Shown: piece after piece, positions 56,701 to 64,000 of the stretch
Layout: each line of letters opens with the position of its first letter
Numbering within the stretch: the stretch's first letter is position 1
IMG/VR virus record: IMGVR_UViG_3300035703_000009
Location: 62,001-126,000 of that record
Length of the DNA: 64,000 nt
Direction: 5' to 3' (one strand)
The notes under the pieces: generated by a model
Seen by the model: only the letters and a program-made list of their open reading frames with translations
Databases searched by the model: none
Told to the model about the DNA's origin: nothing
Made by a program: the position numbers and the translations under genes

Positions 56701-58854
56701 ATGGCAGTAACTTCGCTAATCAAGCCCGTACAAAACAAAAAGGGCATCTTTTATAACTTTCAGAGCGCGCTCGAAGACATCAACATTACACTAAGTAATA
56801 GCGAAAATGCCGTGCGATTCTCTAAGTTTGTGTTGCTTAGAGTGCCTGAAATCGGAGAGCCTGACACTTTACAAACAGACAATAAGATCCAATTTTATTC
56901 TCAAGGTGAGACTCCTCTAATCGAGGGACTTAACACAGACAACAACGTTAATCTTGCACAAAGCTTTCAAAACTATGCGCTTAATCTTGAAGCTTTACTA
57001 TTAAGTCGGCCTCAATATAAAAAGGATGAAAAGTTAACCGTTTCTGAAAGAGTATTTTGGAAGTGGATAAAGGAACTCGGTGCGATCAGGTTCCAGGACG
57101 CAAACACTCTTGAAAAGAACTTTACGATACTTGGAACTGGACCTGGCTCTGAGCGATTTGTTGAAAAACCAGAAACTAACTCAACTTATAAAAGAGTGGT
57201 AAAATATGTCGGAGACATCGATGTAGTTAACTCGCTCAAGAACAACAATAACTCATACACTGAGATTTATATCCACGTTCCATCGAATGTGGGTACTACC
57301 CCACATGTCCTATTTAAGTCAATTAAAGATGCGAATTACTATCCGAGCATGACTATCGCAAACATCGGTGCTGACCCACTAAACATAGAATACTTAGCCG
57401 GTAGAAAATATAATGAGGTTCATCCATTTGGACTTTCTCTCAAGGCTTTTTATGACCTAGATAGCTCAGAAGCCCTTGCTCAAATCAAGAACAGTTTTAC
57501 CGCTGTTTATTCAGCTGGTAACTGGTTCAATAAGACAGTCAAGAATGCATACTACACTGACGTTTACTTAGATCCTACTACAGGCTCTCCTTCGCCTGAT
57601 CCAGTCAGCGGAGACACCAATCGATATAACGTAGCAAAAGACCAGTTCGTCTTTAAGCAAGTTGACCTAAAGAGCGTTGAGTACGTACGTACTACCCTCG
57701 ATGGCATCTCCATCGATTTTGATCTTAATAACTATAAGCTTGCGAGCGAAAACGCTGAAATTAAAGTATTTTCACAGTTTAATGATTACGTTGCAAATCG
57801 TGATTTTGAGTTTAATGCCATCCTTATTTACTATGACACTTATGATCCAAACAACTTGGACTCAAATGGTGTTCCAGTGGACTTTAAGACGAACCTATAT
57901 GGCGTCTTATTCTTAGATCGCATCCAACAGAGCGGCCTAGAGTTCCAGATTCCGACTATCCTAAAGTACAAGCAAGATCCTTTGAATAAGGTCAACGGTA
58001 ACGCTTTCTCCTTTAAGCTGAACTTAAAGCTGGACTCTTCGATCGAGGATGCTCTAGTAGAGCGTTCAATCAATGACTATTCCACTTTCTCGCTCGAGCT
58101 CTTTACCGATGTCTTGACTGAGTTTAAGCAGTTACAACAACGTTACAACGATAAGCTACTCGAACTAGACAAGCTTCGTCAAGACGTTGAGAACCTAAAG
58201 GGACTATTGCTTAACACTGAGGACCAAACTGAATTAGCCAATCGCGTCTCTAATCTTGAGACTTCATTGACTGCCAATTCTGCCATCTTTGAAAACACGG
58301 CTGCCCTAATAAACCTAATCACTAGCGTGAACGACAAGGTCGATTCCATCGTGACAGGTACCACAAACGCTAAGGTATCATATGATATTGATGCTGTTCG
58401 CCCAGGCGAGGGCATTGCGATCGATCGTCGTACTCCAGGCAGGATAAGGGTGGTCAACTCTAACCAACAATACAACATAGCGAATAGCTCGATCGGAAAC
58501 ATCTTTAACAATAATGTGGTCACACTATCTACTTTTACTAATTACTTAGTTCACCAAAATAGCGGAGCTCCTATCGTTTTAGAAAAAGACTTGCAAGTAT
58601 TCATCACAGACTACCCAACATATTGGAAAAAAGGCCAGACTCTGCGCCTAGTTTTTGATGATGAACTTGTGTTGGGAAACTATAACTTAAAGTTTTACAC
58701 AGACTACACTAATCGCCAGAGCTTAGGTCAATATGGAGTTCAAATAGGAGTTATAATCGCAGATGAGTTTACGTCGTCTGATAACAAACCTATCTTTGAT
58801 ATTATCTGCATGAACGAAAACACCCTAAGCTTTAGAATAGACAAAATAAGATAA
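56701..58854 (+). CDS. Putative structural protein with coiled coil
   Basis: 717 aa; in the late operon. Confidence 0.6.
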   Translation: MAVTSLIKPVQNKKGIFYNFQSALEDINITLSNSENAVRFSKFVLLRVPEIGEPDTLQTDNKIQFYSQGETPLIEGLNTDNNVNLAQSFQNYALNLEALLLSRPQYKKDEKLTVSERVFWKWIKELGAIRFQDANTLEKNFTILGTGPGSERFVEKPETNSTYKRVVKYVGDIDVVNSLKNNNNSYTEIYIHVPSNVGTTPHVLFKSIKDANYYPSMTIANIGADPLNIEYLAGRKYNEVHPFGLSLKAFYDLDSSEALAQIKNSFTAVYSAGNWFNKTVKNAYYTDVYLDPTTGSPSPDPVSGDTNRYNVAKDQFVFKQVDLKSVEYVRTTLDGISIDFDLNNYKLASENAEIKVFSQFNDYVANRDFEFNAILIYYDTYDPNNLDSNGVPVDFKTNLYGVLFLDRIQQSGLEFQIPTILKYKQDPLNKVNGNAFSFKLNLKLDSSIEDALVERSINDYSTFSLELFTDVLTEFKQLQQRYNDKLLELDKLRQDVENLKGLLLNTEDQTELANRVSNLETSLTANSAIFENTAALINLITSVNDKVDSIVTGTTNAKVSYDIDAVRPGEGIAIDRRTPGRIRVVNSNQQYNIANSSIGNIFNNNVVTLSTFTNYLVHQNSGAPIVLEKDLQVFITDYPTYWKKGQTLRLVFDDELVLGNYNLKFYTDYTNRQSLGQYGVQIGVIIADEFTSSDNKPIFDIICMNENTLSFRIDKIR

Positions 58855-58862
58855 CCCAGTAA

Positions 58863-61800
58863 ATGGAAACTAAACATACGCTTAGTGATGTTCTAAAGAG
58901 ACTAGTTGTCGACATCGACAACATGAACTCTTTCCTATATAGCTTAGAGAACATCCTAGAATCAAAATCAGAAAACGTTGATGTGACTCAAACGAAGGCT
59001 GATGGAACACTAACCACCATCAATGTGCCGTCTTTTGGTTACCTAAAGGGTAAGATTGAGGACATTAACTCTAGGTTTGACACTCTACTTTCAACAAATA
59101 GCGACGTCATTGGAATCAAATCTTCCACTGGTGAAGTCAGAAAGTTTGAGTTAAAAAAGACCTCACAGGTTTTAGCTGATCTTGAGAACGTAGCTAGTGC
59201 CCAAATCACCCTACCTACTGAGTTCAAAGTAAAGAACAACTGGTTTTTTGAGTCATTTTTGAACCCTTTGCTCTATGTTGGACTGGACCTCTCCGGTGTG
59301 CTAACCGATGACATCGATAGGTTCTCAGTAAAGCGAGTCATCATCAATGCAGTAAACAATGATGATTTTGCCGCCTTTTTTGACACTAATTACAAGGGAC
59401 GTAATAACGTTTCCTTAACTTCTCTACGTAATGACCTAAACGATAACGGAATTGACTTTTTTGAGGATGATAACCTAGTCGAGGTCGACACTGCAGTCAA
59501 CCGATATAAAGGATCATTCGATGTGCTTCGTATACTAGAAGAAACTGGTGTGCAAACGTTAAACAATAATCAGACAGCATCCGTCGTTCGTAATCGATAT
59601 AAACTAAACTCTTTAAGCTACACTGACTCTCTTTCTGGCATTCAAAACTCTAAGATCCTTGCTGAGGGTGACGTGTTAATCACCGCTAATGACTCTGAGT
59701 ACAAAGTGCTCTCAGTAAATAAGACCGATACTGAAGTCGTGCTTGAAAGAACGTTCGGCATCGATCCAATCACCATTGGAGCGTCTATATTACGTATCAA
59801 GCCACAACCATATCGTTTTCCAGAGTTACAAGTGAATGTTGGATTCAACGAGCGTGAGGTGATCTTTATACGTCCAGTGAGCAAGAGCGCTAACTTAACG
59901 ATCGATGAATACTCAAACGGTATTGCGATCTACACTAATGAGCTAACAATTCCTTTACAAGACAGCAGCACATCTAGCCTAGAGAGCTATTACAATAATT
60001 TCGTTTCTGACTTTGGTTTAATCTTATTGAACTTAGCTAAAGAAAGAAAGCTTCCAGCGATTATCGGCTCTAAGCCTAATGCACCAACGATTGACGCTGC
60101 AAACTTTAAGGTGGTCCAGATCGACCAACACATACAGGACGATCAAAACATCACAAAGATCACCAGCACAATCAAGGAAAAAGCACAAGTCGAAAAAGAA
60201 ATCGATGAGCTTAACAAGAAGATTGACGTGACTAAGGCACAGATCACTACTTCAGCCAAGACTCCACAAGAATCTAAACGCCTTGAAAAGGTCCTAAAGG
60301 AGACCTATTCTACTCGTGACGAAAAGGTGACTACTCTTTCGACTCTAGTAACCAACGCTACTTTACAGATAAACACAACTCCACAGTTTGTGACCAACAA
60401 GAAATACGCAATTCGCGGTTTCTGGCAAATCCCAACGGCTCAGACGACTGTGTATGGCAACCAACAGGTTGCCCAGTTCAAGTATCGTTATCGCTACTTA
60501 AGTAAGTCCGGAAACCAGCCAAATGCGACTCAACAGACCTTCTTAGACACAGACGGCACCACCAAGTCCGCAACCTTTTCTCCATGGATAGAACAGCTAG
60601 CTAAGGCTCGTACAAAAGAGCTAGACACTACAACTGGTCTCTACATCTGGAGCGAAGAAAAAGTCAACGATGTTGATGCGGTCAACTCAAACCAATTAGA
60701 GATCTCAATTCGTAAGGGTGAGATCGTCGAAATCCAAATCAAGTCTCTTTCAGAAGCAGGCTGGCCAGACAACCCAGTTGAATCGGATTGGTCTACATCA
60801 GTACAAGTGGCTTTTCCTGAAGAAATATCTTCACAGGAAGAAGGTACAGTCATCTCACAAAAGCTATTTGCAGATAAGACTAAGCTGGACTTTGAAAAGA
60901 CCCTGATCTCTAAGGGAATCGACACCCACACAGCAAGCCAGTTTACAACAGGCGATCGATTCTTTGCACATAAGACAACCGACATTGCCAGCGGATTCTT
61001 TACCACTGAAGGTAATGTGATTGACCTCTATGAACAATTAACGACTCTTAAGACAACTTTAGAAGCAGTCCAACAAGCTATTGCAAATGACACTGGAGTC
61101 ATTAAGATTTCAATCATCGATCCGGACGGTAACATCACTGACGTTGCGAATGGAGACACGATCAGTCTATTCGCCGGCTATTACAAGGACCTCATCAAGG
61201 ACACAACTGGAGGAACCGTTATTTACAATGAAGGTAAAGTAGTCACTAAGCAATACGCATTATCAATACAGAATACTTCAGCAAGCTTGCTTGAACTAAT
61301 CTCATATTTCTCAGCAAACATCGGGACTGGCATATTAGCTGAAGCAAATGACGGAATTCCATCAGATCCTAACGGTTATCCGGATAGCGACTATCACGTC
61401 AATCGTAGATACGACATCGTTCCCCTAGGAGTAAACAACAATACTACTCCATTCGTAAATGCATTTAAGCAGATTGCCAGTGAGCAGTCCGGTCAAGTAA
61501 AGAGCCAATTCGTTTATGCTAGAGTCAGAAACTATGGGTTATCTGAGGAAATTTATGCTCCTCAATATCCAACTAATATTACTTTAGGCTATGGACAATA
61601 CTATCTTTCAAGCTATCAATACTCCGGAACAACTGTAGGAACTGCGACTGTGCCTGTTAACTGGGGACACTATCTACCATATATGCCACTAGATCCATCT
61701 GGCCCCATTCCTAATGCTAATTCTAAGGTTTGGAACGGAACCACTGACTCATCAAGCAATGGTGTAGGAGGCGGCAGCCTTACTGAGTTTTGTATCAGTA

Positions 61801-62456
61801 AAGACCATCCAAGCCTAAAGACTCTTTTTGGAGCTAGCTTCTCTTGGGGAATCCCTGCGATCTCCTCCAAGTTTAGACCTGCATTTGCTACAACCAGCTC
61901 AACTGAACCTCAAAAGGTGCTACCTTTTTCCCATGCAATCCACTTTGAGACGTCAGTCGCTGAAGGTACCAATGCATTTGGAATAGAATATTATAAACAG
62001 GCTGCTAGAATAACACCTATCACGCCTACTGCTACTGCTGGAGAAGAGAAAAACTATCCAATTAAGTTAGGATTTACTCCAAACGACGAATACTTGATTG
62101 GAAAATACACATGTGGAGCTTACCTTTACATGTTCCCTCTGAACTATGATGCTATCTCTGTACAGGGTAATATACCATCTAGAGCTGCTAAGGGAGTAAA
62201 ATTAGGTTCTGAGAACGCGCTAAACATCCCGATCCTTTTCCAATTCAGATGCTCTGATAAGCTAGGATATATCGGTGGATTTAGAACCAGTGGCACTTTA
62301 AACAATATAAAATACCAAAAGAAGATCGGTCTTGACATAATCGTTAAGAACGATGTTCCGTTCTCGTTCGACCTGGAAGTTAGCGCACAATACCTTAAAG
62401 AAACGTCATTGGATGCACCTCTAGTTCAAGGAAAGGGAACGATTAAGACATTCTAA
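58863..62456 (+). CDS. Large putative structural protein
   Basis: 1197 aa with central coiled coil; in the late operon. Confidence 0.6.
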   Translation: METKHTLSDVLKRLVVDIDNMNSFLYSLENILESKSENVDVTQTKADGTLTTINVPSFGYLKGKIEDINSRFDTLLSTNSDVIGIKSSTGEVRKFELKKTSQVLADLENVASAQITLPTEFKVKNNWFFESFLNPLLYVGLDLSGVLTDDIDRFSVKRVIINAVNNDDFAAFFDTNYKGRNNVSLTSLRNDLNDNGIDFFEDDNLVEVDTAVNRYKGSFDVLRILEETGVQTLNNNQTASVVRNRYKLNSLSYTDSLSGIQNSKILAEGDVLITANDSEYKVLSVNKTDTEVVLERTFGIDPITIGASILRIKPQPYRFPELQVNVGFNEREVIFIRPVSKSANLTIDEYSNGIAIYTNELTIPLQDSSTSSLESYYNNFVSDFGLILLNLAKERKLPAIIGSKPNAPTIDAANFKVVQIDQHIQDDQNITKITSTIKEKAQVEKEIDELNKKIDVTKAQITTSAKTPQESKRLEKVLKETYSTRDEKVTTLSTLVTNATLQINTTPQFVTNKKYAIRGFWQIPTAQTTVYGNQQVAQFKYRYRYLSKSGNQPNATQQTFLDTDGTTKSATFSPWIEQLAKARTKELDTTTGLYIWSEEKVNDVDAVNSNQLEISIRKGEIVEIQIKSLSEAGWPDNPVESDWSTSVQVAFPEEISSQEEGTVISQKLFADKTKLDFEKTLISKGIDTHTASQFTTGDRFFAHKTTDIASGFFTTEGNVIDLYEQLTTLKTTLEAVQQAIANDTGVIKISIIDPDGNITDVANGDTISLFAGYYKDLIKDTTGGTVIYNEGKVVTKQYALSIQNTSASLLELISYFSANIGTGILAEANDGIPSDPNGYPDSDYHVNRRYDIVPLGVNNNTTPFVNAFKQIASEQSGQVKSQFVYARVRNYGLSEEIYAPQYPTNITLGYGQYYLSSYQYSGTTVGTATVPVNWGHYLPYMPLDPSGPIPNANSKVWNGTTDSSSNGVGGGSLTEFCISKDHPSLKTLFGASFSWGIPAISSKFRPAFATTSSTEPQKVLPFSHAIHFETSVAEGTNAFGIEYYKQAARITPITPTATAGEEKNYPIKLGFTPNDEYLIGKYTCGAYLYMFPLNYDAISVQGNIPSRAAKGVKLGSENALNIPILFQFRCSDKLGYIGGFRTSGTLNNIKYQKKIGLDIIVKNDVPFSFDLEVSAQYLKETSLDAPLVQGKGTIKTF

Positions 62457-62459
62457 TCG

Positions 62460-64000
62460 ATGACCCGTGAAATTCAATACACCAAAGTACTAACCGATGA
62501 CTCTAGCTTTCAACTAGTCAGAACCAATCCAAAGCTCACAGGCAATGTGAAGCTGACTATTAATGAGGCCGGCGACATGTGGCTTAATGCAATTAAAGCA
62601 AACCTTGAGCTTGCAAAGGACGACTATGCTAGGTTTCCAATAGACATTGCTCAGTCCTTACCTGCAAACATTTACCAGTTTTTCAAGAACGGCGAGACTC
62701 CAAAGGAAATCATCTTTGCTCTAACTGAGAGCATCGATTTGGTCAAGACCTCAAAGGACTTTAAGGATCAGTTTGACTTTTCAAACTACTTTAGCGGCAT
62801 CAAATATTTTCCATCCAATAAGTACGAGGAAAAGCTTACCTACTTTGCTCCTTTGTACCTAAAGAAGAACCTACCGAATTACTTTGTCATTCTTAAGATG
62901 AAGGGTCCTCTTAATAACCAGATTGTGCAAGATCGTCAGAACTTTGAGAGCGGCCAAACTCGTGACCAATACTTGATTGAGCTATTTAAGACTGCAACAA
63001 TCGTCAAGACATTTGATCTTAGTCCAACTAGCAATCCCGGTAAGTATCTTAGGACTTACCTAAATAGCCCTGGGTTCCCTGTGAGCCCACTTACTGTTTC
63101 ATTTAATGAGAATGATTACACCACTTGGAATGGGATCCTGATTGACTCTGGTGTGTTCGGAAGCAAAGGCGAATTACTCTACTCCCAATACGCTGATTCA
63201 ACTCCTTTAAAGTTTTTTGAAGAAAACATCACAAATGGATTTGAACGCAATGGTGTCATTGTACCTAACATCGTCAATTTGGAATTCATCTTTGACGATG
63301 AGACTTCTAATGATTACGAGTTTGACAGATATTTGGGAATCTATGTGGACACAGTTGAGCTCTCAAAGCTAGACATCGATCTTGCTCGACTCTATACCGA
63401 AAGAACAATTTGGCCAAACTCTCCAAAATTACGTAAGGAGTACTTTGAGAGCGATGAGGTAAAACTATTTCAATCGAACCAAAACGGAATCGTCTTGCCA
63501 ATCAAAAACCTTGACCTAAACTTAAACGAGTTCAGCACAATGTTTACTGATGCCGACTCTTTATACTTTAACTATATCACTGATAAAGACAATAAGTTAC
63601 GTCTTCCAAAGCTAACCTCTCCATACACAATAGAAAGATCGAATGAGGTGGCAGTGAGCCTAAATGCAGTAGGAACTATGATCACAGCTACTGTAGTAAG
63701 TTCTCATGCATTTGACACAGGTGACTTAGTGCAGATAGTTAGTCCAGATCCAGAATATGCTGGTGAGTTTTTTGTCACTAAGCTGTCTGACACACAGTTT
63801 CAATATATCTTGACCTCTACTCCAACTAATGCTGCTGCAAACGGAAACGCATCACAGGAAGTCGGCCAAGCTAAGATCACTCTGAGCGATCGTGAAATCG
63901 ACCTCGGCAAGTTCATCGGCGCAAGCAACGACCTTTTCTTGCAAGATGCGGGTTTTGCAAGCAAGATTGGAGGTCACTCACACGCAGTCATAAAAATAAA
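62460..64000 (+). CDS. Large putative structural protein, truncated by the window edge (MTREIQYTKVLTDDSSFQLVRTNPKLTGNVK...)
   Basis: ATG at 62460, 3 nt after the previous stop; frame appears open to the window end. Confidence 0.75.
   Translation, partial: MTREIQYTKVLTDDSSFQLVRTNPKLTGNVKLTINEAGDMWLNAIKANLELAKDDYARFPIDIAQSLPANIYQFFKNGETPKEIIFALTESIDLVKTSKDFKDQFDFSNYFSGIKYFPSNKYEEKLTYFAPLYLKKNLPNYFVILKMKGPLNNQIVQDRQNFESGQTRDQYLIELFKTATIVKTFDLSPTSNPGKYLRTYLNSPGFPVSPLTVSFNENDYTTWNGILIDSGVFGSKGELLYSQYADSTPLKFFEENITNGFERNGVIVPNIVNLEFIFDDETSNDYEFDRYLGIYVDTVELSKLDIDLARLYTERTIWPNSPKLRKEYFESDEVKLFQSNQNGIVLPIKNLDLNLNEFSTMFTDADSLYFNYITDKDNKLRLPKLTSPYTIERSNEVAVSLNAVGTMITATVVSSHAFDTGDLVQIVSPDPEYAGEFFVTKLSDTQFQYILTSTPTNAAANGNASQEVGQAKITLSDREIDLGKFIGASNDLFLQDAGFASKIGGHSHAVIKI

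Overview
A 64 kb segment of a large, lytic, T4-superfamily-like (jumbo) myophage using the standard genetic code. The host is probably Bacteroidota: leaders are A-rich without Shine-Dalgarno sites, and the Hc1 and 3'-5' exonuclease are Bacteroidota-like. Mostly minus-strand blocks encode replication, repair and metabolism: topo II large subunit, DinG, a NEIL1-like glycosylase, dCMP deaminase, a gp42-like thymidylate synthase homologue, gp46/47, gp41, UvsX, a PolB N-terminal half only, gp56-like dNTPase, RNase H/FEN, gp32, NrdAB, an S1-domain protein, GroEL/GroES, UvsE, and a NARP1-like NAD+ locus with two extra genes. These are interleaved with mostly plus-strand late genes: tail tube, tail sheath, GH19 endolysin, an AT-rich beta-helix adhesin cassette and large putative virion proteins. 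RuvC-like and gp55-like genes sit at a strand switch. Two promoter classes are visible by eye: late ATAAATAA, and a bipartite (A/G/T)AAC(T/C)-N15/16-GTA(T/C)AA. No tRNA, rRNA or CRISPR array was seen. All protein assignments come from motif recognition from memory, not from database searches.
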